Shown here: piece by piece, positions 34,323-41,903 of the stretch | Layout: the number at the start of each line of letters is the position of its first letter | Position numbering within the stretch: the first letter of the stretch is position 1 | NCBI GenBank assembly: GCA_964569555.1 | Contig: CAZMTT010000002.1 | Location: 1-49,868, forward strand | Reading direction: 5' to 3' | Length of the DNA stretch: 49,868 nucleotides | Source of the DNA: an uncultured Dehalococcoidales bacterium | Lineage (GTDB): Bacteria > Chloroflexota > Dehalococcoidia > Dehalococcoidales > JAUYDJ01 | Position numbers and translations under genes: made by a program | The notes under the pieces: generated by a model | The model's input: only the letters and a program-made list of their open reading frames with translations | Told to the model about the DNA's origin: nothing | Database searches by the model: none

Positions 34323-36142
34323 TTTGATTCCTGGGTGCTGCTCTCAGACTTAAAGACTATGGCCTGGCGCGGGCAGAGCTGCTGGCACAGATAGCAGGTG
34401 TCGCCGGTGCACAGAGTAGCCTCAATATAGACCTGCCCGTCGTCAATCTGAATGGCGGGGCAACCGAGGCGGAGACAGATATTGCACTGGTCGCACTTTT
34501 CGGTAGCAATAACCAGGGGCCTGGGGCGTGCCGCGGCCAGGTCGGGGCAGTCGCCACGGACGATAATCACCGAGAGCTCCGGGTTATCCAGCGCCGCCCT
34601 TACGCTGGTTCTCAGTGCCTTCAGGTCGAAGGCATCGACTACTTTAACATCGTTGACGCCGATGCCCCGCACCAGCCGTTCCAGCTCAACTGCTTTAGTC
34701 TTTTCACCCCGGGCGGTAACACCGGTGCCGGGGTGGCTCTGGTGGCCGGTCATGGCGGTGGTGTGGTTGTCTAAGATTATTATGGTTATTTCGCCTTTAT
34801 TATAAACGCCGTTGACCACGCCGGTGATGCCGGAGTGCAGAAAAGTAGAATCGCCGATGACGGCGACTACTTTATTGCTGACCCCTGCCTTCTCCATGCC
34901 CAATGCCTGACCGATGCCGGCGCCCATACAGGCGCAGGTGTCCATGGCAAAGAGTGGGGGATAGGCGCCCAGGGTGTAACAGCCGATGTCGCCGGTAATA
35001 ATCAGGTTTGATTTGGCCACTTTTTTCACCCTGGACTTCACCAGTGCGGAGCGCTGCCCCATACTGCTTAGGGTAAAGAACAGGCCGGTATAGGGACAGC
35101 CGGCACACAGCAGGGGCGGGCGTTGGGGCAGCTCCAGGGCGGGCTTGGCGGGCGGGGTTGGTGATTCACTAGGCAAACCAGCAACACGGCAGCTCTGGGC
35201 AATTATTTCCGGGCTTAGCTCGCCAAACCGGGGGATGAATTCTTTGCCGCTGACGGCTATCCCCATCGCCTGAATATTCTCCTGGAGAAAAGAACCGAGC
35301 TCCTCGATAACGATTACTCTATCCACCCCGGCAGCGAAGCGGCGGATTAAGTCCTGGGGGAGGGGGTAGGTCATGCCCAGCTTGAGAAAAGAGGCCCGCG
35401 GGAAGACCTCGCGGGCATACTGGTAGGCAACCCCGCTGGTGATTATACCCAGCTGGCGTTCACCCGGTAGTATCTGGTTGAAGGGAAAGGTCTCGGCATA
35501 GCCGGCCAGCCGGGTCAGGCGTTCCTCAATCAGCGGGCGCCTCAGCCGGGCATAGACCGGCAGCATGACAAACTTTTCCACATCGGGGGGAAAATTCGGC
35601 TCTCGACCGGGCACGGCGCGGCTGCCGGTTACTTTGACCACCGATTTGGAATGGGAGATACGGGTGGTGGAACGCACCAGCACCGGGGTATCGAATTTTT
35701 CACTGATGTCATAGGCGTAAGCCATAAAATCATAGGCTTCCTGGCTATCGCCTGGCTCCAGCAGGGGAACTTTGGCGAACTTGGCGTAGTGGCGGTTGTC
35801 CTGCTCGTTCTGGGAACTGTGGATGCCGGGGTCATCGACGCTGACCACCACCAGCCCGGCATTGACCCCGGTGGTCGAAGCCGCCATAAACGGGTCGCTG
35901 GCCACGTTCAGGCCGACCTGTTTCATAGACACCAGTGACCGGGCGCCGGCATAGGCTGCCCCCAGCGCCACTTCCATGGCCACCTTCTCATTGGTTGACC
36001 ATTCGGCGTGGATGTCATCATAGCCGGCCAGAGATTCCAGAATTTCAGTGCTCGGGGTTCCCGGATAGGCGGCGGCTACCTTGGCGCCGGCGTGGTAGGC
36101 TCCCAGGGCCAGAGCCTCGTTCCCAGATAGTAGCTTTTTCAT
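34319..36142 (-). CDS. iorA: Indolepyruvate:ferredoxin oxidoreductase subunit alpha
   Basis: About 607 aa. LSGNEALALGAYHAGAKV, TPP motif GDSTFLHSG, C-terminal 2x[4Fe-4S] (CDQCNICLRLGCP ... CYLCQQLCP). ATG at 36142 preferred over GTG at 36151, which abuts a TATAAT box. Confidence 0.9.
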   Translation of the reverse strand: MKKLLSGNEALALGAYHAGAKVAAAYPGTPSTEILESLAGYDDIHAEWSTNEKVAMEVALGAAYAGARSLVSMKQVGLNVASDPFMAASTTGVNAGLVVVSVDDPGIHSSQNEQDNRHYAKFAKVPLLEPGDSQEAYDFMAYAYDISEKFDTPVLVRSTTRISHSKSVVKVTGSRAVPGREPNFPPDVEKFVMLPVYARLRRPLIEERLTRLAGYAETFPFNQILPGERQLGIITSGVAYQYAREVFPRASFLKLGMTYPLPQDLIRRFAAGVDRVIVIEELGSFLQENIQAMGIAVSGKEFIPRFGELSPEIIAQSCRVAGLPSESPTPPAKPALELPQRPPLLCAGCPYTGLFFTLSSMGQRSALVKSRVKKVAKSNLIITGDIGCYTLGAYPPLFAMDTCACMGAGIGQALGMEKAGVSNKVVAVIGDSTFLHSGITGVVNGVYNKGEITIIILDNHTTAMTGHQSHPGTGVTARGEKTKAVELERLVRGIGVNDVKVVDAFDLKALRTSVRAALDNPELSVIIVRGDCPDLAAARPRPLVIATEKCDQCNICLRLGCPAIQIDDGQVYIEATLCTGDTCYLCQQLCPRQAIVFKSESSTQESK

Positions 36143-36151
36143 TTTGGCCAC

Positions 36152-36160
36152 ATTATAACA
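36152..36160 (-). promoter_or_regulatory. Extended -10 (TGtTATAAT) 9 nt upstream of the iorA ATG
   Basis: The minus strand reads atgttataatgtggccaaaATG. No SD between the box and the ATG. Confidence 0.45.
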
Positions 36161-36289
36161 TACCTGAGGCGTGCCTACCTAGTCCCACCGGCACCGCTAA
36201 ACAGGGTGGGGGGGCTTATCATTGTATTGACAAAAGGGTGACTTATCACTACATAATACAGGGTAAAGTCTGACTAAGAGGAGGTAGAG

Positions 36290-36592
36290 ATGCCGATCTA
36301 TCTTATGCTTACCACGCTTACTGACGAGGGGAGAAAGGTGATTCAGGATGACCCGGAGAGCCTGAAGGACATTAATAAAGAGGTGGAGCATCTGGGGGTC
36401 AAAATCCTGGACCAGTATGCCCTGCTCGGTCAGTATGACTTCGTCAGTATACTGGAAGCGCCCAGCAATGAGGCGGTCGCTAAACTGGCCATCAGGCTCA
36501 GTTCCAAGGGAACCATGCAGACCCTGACCCTGGCGGCTATTACCCTTGATGCCCTCATCAAGACATTGCGCAAGAAGGAAACCCCCTGGTAG
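36290..36592 (+). CDS. GYD domain protein, 100 aa
   Basis: LGQYDFVSILEAP core and the size typical of the GYD family. SD gaggagg. Confidence 0.8.
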   Translation: MPIYLMLTTLTDEGRKVIQDDPESLKDINKEVEHLGVKILDQYALLGQYDFVSILEAPSNEAVAKLAIRLSSKGTMQTLTLAAITLDALIKTLRKKETPW

Positions 36593-36654
36593 GGCTTTAT
36601 TATCTTGGGCGCTACCCCTGTGGTCGGTATCACCTCTCTTAGCGAGGGTGATTG

Positions 36655-36692
36655 AAGAGGCAGGCTGATTTGGCCCTGCCTCTTACTGTGTG
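36655..36692 (+). terminator. Intrinsic terminator after the GYD gene
   Basis: aagaggcagg (36655-36664) / cctgcctctt (36675-36684), followed by a T/G-rich tail. Confidence 0.6.
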
Positions 36693-36713
36693 TCGCCGGA
36701 GGGCAAGTTAATC

Positions 36714-37841
36714 GTGAGATACCGCAAATTAGGCCGGACTGGTGTTGAGGTAGGCATCATCGGACTGGGCGCCGAATATCTGGAGTTTGCCTCCCGGGAG
36801 ACGGTTATTTCGGTAGTCGATGAGGCGGTGGCGCAGGGGGTGAACTATATTGACCTGTTCATGTCTTCCCCCGGCGTCCGTGATAATTTCGGCATCGCTC
36901 TGCGAAATAGAAGGCACCGGGTTATGATTGCCGGTCACCTGGGAGCGGCGCTTAAGCATGGCCAGTACTGCCGGAGCCGGGATAAAAGCGTGAGCACTGA
37001 GTTCTTTACTGACCTGTTGACCAGGCTTCAGACCGATTATATTGATGTCCTTATGCTGCATTTTCTTGATGAGCCGGATGATTATAGGGTGGTCTTCGGT
37101 TCCGGGGGGCTTCTTGAGCTCGCCTTGAAGCTAAAGAAAGAAGGCAAGGCTCGCTTCATCGGCATGAGCGGTCATCGAGTGCCGGTGGCGCTGGATGCAG
37201 TGAATAGCGGCAGTATAGATGTGCTCATGTTCCCGGTAAACCCCGCCTTTGATGCCCTGCCCGGCGAGATAACGCTTGAGGCAGCCAAGCAGGGTGTTAC
37301 CAGGGGCAGGGCTGGTCCGACGCGGAAAGAGCTGTATCAGGCCTGCGCCGTTCGGGGGGTGGGGCTGGTGGCGATGAAGCCCTACGGTGGCGGCGTGCTT
37401 TTTAATAGTGCCAACCCCAGTTCCATAGTGCTGACGCCGGTCCAGTGCCTTAATTATGCCCTCTCCCAGCCCGGGGTCTCTACGGTGGTACCCGGCTGTA
37501 AAAACGCCGCCGAGATGAAAACTGCCCTGGCCTTTCTGGAAGCCGGCGATGAGGAAAAAGACTACAGCGCCATCAGCGACAGCTTATTATGGAAGCTGAA
37601 GGGAAGCTGTGTGTACTGCAACCACTGTTTGCCCTGTCCGGTGGGCATTGATATCGGCATGACGATACGGCTGGCCGATACCGCCGGCTACCGGCTTGAT
37701 GAGGCGGCGGTCGCCTACTATGAAGCCCTGCCGGTAAAGGCTTCCGAATGCAATGAGTGTGGTGAATGTGTCGAGCGCTGCCCGTTTGGGGTGGATATAA
37801 TCGCCAGTATGAACCGGGCCGTTGCCGTATTCGGTAAGTAG
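36714..37841 (+). CDS. Aldo/keto reductase with a C-terminal 4Fe-4S ferredoxin domain
   Basis: Typical AKR start RYRKLGRTGVEVGIIGLG (GTG 36714, SD ggaggg). C-terminal CxxCxxCxxxCP motifs (CVYCNHCLPCP, CNECGECVERCP). Confidence 0.85.
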   Translation: MRYRKLGRTGVEVGIIGLGAEYLEFASRETVISVVDEAVAQGVNYIDLFMSSPGVRDNFGIALRNRRHRVMIAGHLGAALKHGQYCRSRDKSVSTEFFTDLLTRLQTDYIDVLMLHFLDEPDDYRVVFGSGGLLELALKLKKEGKARFIGMSGHRVPVALDAVNSGSIDVLMFPVNPAFDALPGEITLEAAKQGVTRGRAGPTRKELYQACAVRGVGLVAMKPYGGGVLFNSANPSSIVLTPVQCLNYALSQPGVSTVVPGCKNAAEMKTALAFLEAGDEEKDYSAISDSLLWKLKGSCVYCNHCLPCPVGIDIGMTIRLADTAGYRLDEAAVAYYEALPVKASECNECGECVERCPFGVDIIASMNRAVAVFGK

Positions 37842-37847
37842 TAGCGG

Positions 37848-38687
37848 CTACTTTTTTCGCCTCAGGGCTAAGGCTAAAAGCCCCGGTCCACCGTGGACCC
37901 CCAGCGCCGGGCCAATCTGGGTGACACTAATTTTCTCTACCGGAAAGAGAGCGCCCAATCGTGTCTTTAACTGGTGGGCGTGTTCCCGTCCCGTGGTGTA
38001 GGCAATGGCTAAGTCTTGCAGGGCGGCATTCTTTTGGGTAAACTCGTACAGCTTATCCAGCCCGCTGGCATAGGTGCGCGCCAGTCCCGCCCGGACCAGC
38101 TCGCCGTTCTTGAAGACAAACAGGGGCTTTATCTGCAGGACGCTGGTTACCGTCGCCGGGATTTTGCCGACCCGTCCCCCCAGCACCAGATACTTCAGGG
38201 TGTCAAAGATGCCCATTATGCGTATCTGGCTGATGGCTTCCCGGGCTTCCTCAATAGTTGCCGACAGGTCATTTTTTGCCCTGGCCAGCTCGGCGGCGGC
38301 CATAACTATTATGGCCAGGCCAACGGTGGTGACGCGGGAGTCAATAATTTCAATCGGGCATTTGGTGTTGCTTATCTCTTTACCCTGGAGGGCGGAATTA
38401 CAGGTACCGCTGAGTTTAGAGGTGAGGTGTATGGATACAATGCTCTCCGCATCCCGGGCGCAGTCGGTATAGACTTTGGCGAAATCCTGGGGTGAGGGCT
38501 GGGAGGTGGCGGGGTGGACCGGTGAGGTCTCCAGCCGGTCATATAGTTCAGCTTTGCTTATATCCACGCCGTCGCGGTAGACCTTATCACCAAACCGGAC
38601 ATAGACCGGCACGATGCTGATGCCTAAATCTTGGGCAACTTCGGGCGAGATATCGGCGGTGCTATCGGTTACAATTTTTACTGCCAT
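37848..38687 (-). CDS. DegV family fatty-acid-binding protein, 279 aa
   Basis: VKIVTDSTADI start and S-rich binding motifs (HLTSKLSGT), typical of DegV. Confidence 0.88.
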   Translation of the reverse strand: MAVKIVTDSTADISPEVAQDLGISIVPVYVRFGDKVYRDGVDISKAELYDRLETSPVHPATSQPSPQDFAKVYTDCARDAESIVSIHLTSKLSGTCNSALQGKEISNTKCPIEIIDSRVTTVGLAIIVMAAAELARAKNDLSATIEEAREAISQIRIMGIFDTLKYLVLGGRVGKIPATVTSVLQIKPLFVFKNGELVRAGLARTYASGLDKLYEFTQKNAALQDLAIAYTTGREHAHQLKTRLGALFPVEKISVTQIGPALGVHGGPGLLALALRRKK

Positions 38688-38713
38688 AATTTCCGGAAAA
38701 TCTCTGCCTTTGG

Positions 38714-38983
38714 CTACTTAATCGGGCTGAATCCGGTGACATGGTATACGAAGCGGGGGGGAATGCCACGCACGGGCCGGTTAACCATCTTCTTCAGGTG
38801 GCACTTGCTTTTGTGCTTGTTCTCCAGTTCAATAACAAACATGTCCCCCTCACTAAGGGGGACATAGTCAATGAGAGTAAGTTCTCCCCACCAGTTGGTG
38901 GCGGCGGGGTGACGGTACAGCCGGTAGTTAATCCGGGCGATAAGCTGACCGTCCTCAAGTTTGTAAAGTTTGCCGATGCTCAC
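38714..38983 (-). CDS. Hypothetical small protein, 89 aa
   Basis: ORF with a GTG start. The SD aaggag is rather far away (about 16 nt). No motif recognised. Confidence 0.4.
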   Translation of the reverse strand: MSIGKLYKLEDGQLIARINYRLYRHPAATNWWGELTLIDYVPLSEGDMFVIELENKHKSKCHLKKMVNRPVRGIPPRFVYHVTGFSPIK

Positions 38984-39095
38984 GTGATTATCCGCTATGC
39001 TCCTTAGACACTTCCCCTATGTTAAAGCCCCCGCTCGCCGGCTGTCAATACCTCGGGACGGCCGGAAATCGAGTCTGTATGCCGTTGGGCCGTTT

Positions 39096-39317
39096 TTAGG
39101 TTTTGCTTTCGATTCGGTATAGTATGCGCATGGCAACTGCCCAGATCATGCCCAGATAACAGGCGAAAGCGATCAGAAACCAGTATACCGGCGCGAAACC
39201 TCCCAAAGTGAGCCCCATAGCGGCGGTAATAATGCCAATAGTGAGGAGAGTGTCCCCCAGGCCACCATAAAACCAGACCACCCCCGGCTTGGTGATGCAC
39301 TGCATTAAGCCATTCAT
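39096..39317 (-). CDS. Small membrane protein, about 73 aa
   Basis: Two or three hydrophobic helices. SD aaaggagg 7 nt upstream of the second ATG (39317). Confidence 0.55.
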   Translation of the reverse strand: MNGLMQCITKPGVVWFYGGLGDTLLTIGIITAAMGLTLGGFAPVYWFLIAFACYLGMIWAVAMRILYRIESKT

Positions 39318-39340
39318 TGCCATGCCTCCTTTTCTTAATG

Positions 39341-39366
39341 TATACTTAGTGTATACCTGTTATACG
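39341..39366. promoter_or_regulatory. Repeated GTATAC palindromes (operator-like) in a divergent intergenic region
   Basis: GTATAC at 39341-39346 and 39352-39357 (11-bp period), and TATAC at 39362-39366. Confidence 0.35.
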
Positions 39367-39476
39367 CCCCCACCGGTCCCCCTGTCCATGCTTTCTTTTT
39401 GAGCCTGACCTAACTTTTGCTGACATTTGCCGTTATACTATTTAAAGAAACCGCGTATGCGAAAGGAGTAGCTATC

Positions 39477-40385
39477 GTGAAGAGAGTATTGTCTACTGTG
39501 ATTGGCGTAACGCTTATTATGGCGCTGGGACTGACCAGTATCGGGTGCCTATCAGAACCAGCACCAGAGCCGGAATCCCCAGCTGGACCGGCGCCGGCAG
39601 CACCGGCCGCGTCCAATACCGGCACGGTGAAATTGCTGGTTACTGATGCCCCGCCGGGTGAGAACGTGACCAGCATCATGGTTACCGTTTCTGAGGTGGA
39701 AATTCATAAAGCAGTGGCGGAGCAGGAACAGGAGCAAGAGCAATCAGGTGATGGTGACCAGGCTCAAGAGCAAGAGCGGGAGCAGCAACAGGTCCAGCAG
39801 GGTGAGGGTGAGTGGATAAAGATTGATATCGCCGAGGATGCTGGCACCTTTGACCTGCTTGACATTAAAGGCATTGAGCAATTTCTGGGGGAGACTGAAG
39901 TTGCCGCCGGGAAATACACCCAGCTGAGACTAACTGTGGAAAAAATCGAGGTGGCTCTGGACGGTGGCAAACTGCAGCTGGCCAATTTACCCAGCGGCGT
40001 GCTCAAGTTTGTCCGCCCCTTTGATGTTGTCGCCGGCGAGACTGTCGAAATCCTGATTGATTTTGACGCCGACAGGTCGGTAAACGTAACCGGAGGCGGT
40101 AAGATTCAGGTCAAGCCGGTGGTCAAGCTGGAAATAAAGACCGGAGAACAGGCGGGCCAGACCGCTGAAGGTATAGAAGAAGCCGAAGAAATAGACTTTG
40201 AGGGGACTATTGAGACCATTGATGGTAACATCTGGACGATGACCGTTGGTGATGAGACCAAGACCATAGACGTCAGCGACGCTGAGATAGACGGTGAGCC
40301 GGCGGTAGGGCTTGAGGCTGAGGTTAAGGGTGTTATGGATGGTGATACCATCATCGCCAGCGATGTGGAGATAAAAGAGGCTTAA
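39477..40385 (+). CDS. DUF4382/DUF5666-like lipoprotein with an acidic Gln/Glu-rich linker
   Basis: GTG start with SD aaaggag. Lipobox LTSIGC. GTVKLLVTDAP...FDLL...AGKYTQLRL pattern. C-terminal FEGTIETIDGNIWTM module. Confidence 0.7.
   Translation: MKRVLSTVIGVTLIMALGLTSIGCLSEPAPEPESPAGPAPAAPAASNTGTVKLLVTDAPPGENVTSIMVTVSEVEIHKAVAEQEQEQEQSGDGDQAQEQEREQQQVQQGEGEWIKIDIAEDAGTFDLLDIKGIEQFLGETEVAAGKYTQLRLTVEKIEVALDGGKLQLANLPSGVLKFVRPFDVVAGETVEILIDFDADRSVNVTGGGKIQVKPVVKLEIKTGEQAGQTAEGIEEAEEIDFEGTIETIDGNIWTMTVGDETKTIDVSDAEIDGEPAVGLEAEVKGVMDGDTIIASDVEIKEA
39718..39800 (+). repeat. Low-complexity CAG/GAG (Gln/Glu) repeat inside the lipoprotein gene
   Basis: Encodes EQEQEQEQSGDGDQAQEQEREQQQVQQ, with imperfect caagag/caggag iterations. 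Confidence 0.7.
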
Positions 40386-40418
40386 GAAGGCTAGCCCCAG
40401 AGACGGGCTATAATATAT

Positions 40419-40455
40419 GAGAGGCTGAGGATTTAAATCCTCAGCCTCTTTGTTT
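40419..40455. terminator. Bidirectional terminator
   Basis: agaggctgaggattt / aaatcctcagcctct, 15-bp perfect palindrome followed by ttgttt, between convergent genes. Confidence 0.85.
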
Positions 40456-40472
40456 ATGCCCCGAGAGCGCGG

Positions 40473-40961
40473 CTAATTCAGCTGCCATATCGCCATATTC
40501 AATGCGGCGGCAAAGCTGACCCAGAGGATATAGGGCAGCAGCAGCGCTCCCGCCGCAGCCGAAAGCCGGAAAAACCGGAGAATGGTGAATAATATGGCGA
40601 CCCAGAGCAGGGCAATTACAATGACACCGGCCAGAGGTGATTTAAGCCCGAAGAAAGCCACCGACCACAGCGCATTAAGAATCAGCTGGATGGCAAAAAT
40701 GAGCAGGGCCAATTTTACCTCTTTTCGGGCCAGTCCCTGGCGCCAGATGATGAAGGCGGCTATCGCCATCAGAAGATAGAGGGTAAGCCAGGCCGGGGCG
40801 AATAACCAGTTGGGTGGGGTGAAAGCCGGCTTTTGCAGGGCGGCGTACCAGGTTGGAATTGCCGGGGTGGTAAATACGGAACCGATAAGTCCAGCAAGCT
40901 GGCAGGCGATAATACTTATCACCAGTTTAATGATGTCCTGTGCTCTCTGACTCTGCCACAT
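40473..40961 (-). CDS. tspO: TspO/MBR family tryptophan-rich sensory protein
   Basis: PTWYAALQKPAFTPPNWLFAPAWLTLYLLM signature and five TM helices. ATG at 40961 preferred (SD caggaggg) over the track start at 41057. Confidence 0.88.
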   Translation of the reverse strand: MWQSQRAQDIIKLVISIIACQLAGLIGSVFTTPAIPTWYAALQKPAFTPPNWLFAPAWLTLYLLMAIAAFIIWRQGLARKEVKLALLIFAIQLILNALWSVAFFGLKSPLAGVIVIALLWVAILFTILRFFRLSAAAGALLLPYILWVSFAAALNMAIWQLN

Positions 40962-41028
40962 GGCGTATCCCTCCTGACCGCTTTTTTTAAAACCTTCCTC
41001 CCCGCCGGGGAGGTTATCTGGCTTGCTG

Positions 41029-41178
41029 TCAGCAGCCGGGCTCGCCGGGATGACCACAGCAGCCCTGCCTTTTCCATATCTTAATAAAGTTGTTGCGCAG
41101 GACGAGGTAAAGTTTGCGGTGAAGCGGCATCGGGACTGACATGTTGGTGAAGTAGGCTCTCAAACTCGGCATCTGCAT
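41029..41178 (-). CDS. Unannotated Cys-rich small protein, 47-49 aa
   Basis: M(QM)PSLRAYFTNMSVPMPLHRKLYLVLRNNFIKIWKRQGCCGHPGEPGC. SD agagggg 9 nt upstream of the second ATG (41172). Its own near-consensus promoter lies about 20 nt further upstream. A stem-loop at 40996-41012 separates it from tspO. Confidence 0.55.
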   Translation of the reverse strand: MQMPSLRAYFTNMSVPMPLHRKLYLVLRNNFIKIWKRQGCCGHPGEPGC

Positions 41179-41199
41179 CCACCCCTCTTTATGGTTGCC

Positions 41200-41228
41200 A
41201 CTTTAGACATCGGCTGTCTTTTTGTCAA
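41200..41228 (-). promoter_or_regulatory. Sigma70-type promoter: TTGACA, 17 nt spacer, TAAAGT
   Basis: Minus strand TTGACA (41228-41223), 17-nt spacer, TAAAGT (41205-41200). Confidence 0.65.
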
Positions 41229-41321
41229 GTTCATTCTGGCAACCTTCACCCTTGCTGAAGCCAAGTGGGGCAGGGCTGTGCTATACTACTTGCCATCTTA
41301 GGAAAAAGAGAGGGTGAATTT

Positions 41322-41846
41322 ATGCTCAAGTTAATCGTCTTCGTCATCGTCTCTTCGGGTATTACCTGGTATTCCTGGCCGTATCTGCGCAAGCTGCGCT
41401 CACACGGTTTCTATCGCTTCTTTGCCTTTGAGTCTATCGTGGGTTTGCTCCTGCTGAATGCAAATTACTGGTTTGACCAGCCCTTCTCGGCGCTTCATAT
41501 TATTTCCTGGATATTACTCTGCCTGGCAATAGTTCTGGTGATACCCGGCTTCTATCTGCTGCACCAGGTGGGCAAGCCGAAAGATGGCATCGAGGATACC
41601 ACGGTATTAATCACGACCGGAATCTATAAATATATCCGTCATCCTCTCTATGGCTCATTGCTCTTCGTGACCTGGGGAATCTTCTTCAAGTCGGTGTCAC
41701 TTCTCTCCGGGGGACTGGCTCTGGTAGCCACCGTTTTTGTCGTCGTCGCCGCCAGGGTGGAAGAGACAGAGAATATCCAGAGGTTTGGCGAGGCATACCG
41801 CGCTTATATCAAAACCAGCAAAAAATTCCTGCCCTTTTTGGTTTAG
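41322..41846 (+). CDS. ICMT/PEMT family methyltransferase-like membrane protein (second copy in the window)
   Basis: GIYKYIRHPLYGSLLF and EETENIQRFGEAYRAYIK. ATG at 41322 preferred (SD agagaggg). Extended -10 TGcTATACT upstream. Confidence 0.8.
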   Translation: MLKLIVFVIVSSGITWYSWPYLRKLRSHGFYRFFAFESIVGLLLLNANYWFDQPFSALHIISWILLCLAIVLVIPGFYLLHQVGKPKDGIEDTTVLITTGIYKYIRHPLYGSLLFVTWGIFFKSVSLLSGGLALVATVFVVVAARVEETENIQRFGEAYRAYIKTSKKFLPFLV

Positions 41847-41903
41847 TGGGCTAAAGTGCTAGAATTAGGTCACCAGAAATAGTAGGCGAAGAGGAGGTTC
41901 ATC

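Noticed and set aside
38714-38983. PilZ-like c-di-GMP binding motif (RINYR = RxxxR)
   Set aside because: The second half-motif (D/N)xSxxG is not present in register (PLSEGD does not fit). The single short match is likely chance.
39718-39800. Tandem-repeat or CRISPR-like periodicity in caagag/caggag iterations
   Set aside because: It lies inside a CDS, is in frame and encodes a Gln/Glu linker. There are no spacer-repeat architecture and no cas genes, so it is a low-complexity coding repeat only.
40962-41057. N-terminal extension of TspO (track start 41057)
   Set aside because: A good SD (caggaggg) precedes the ATG at 40961. The extension overlaps a stem-loop and the 3' end of a separate small ORF in another frame. 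TspO proteins are typically about 150-165 aa.
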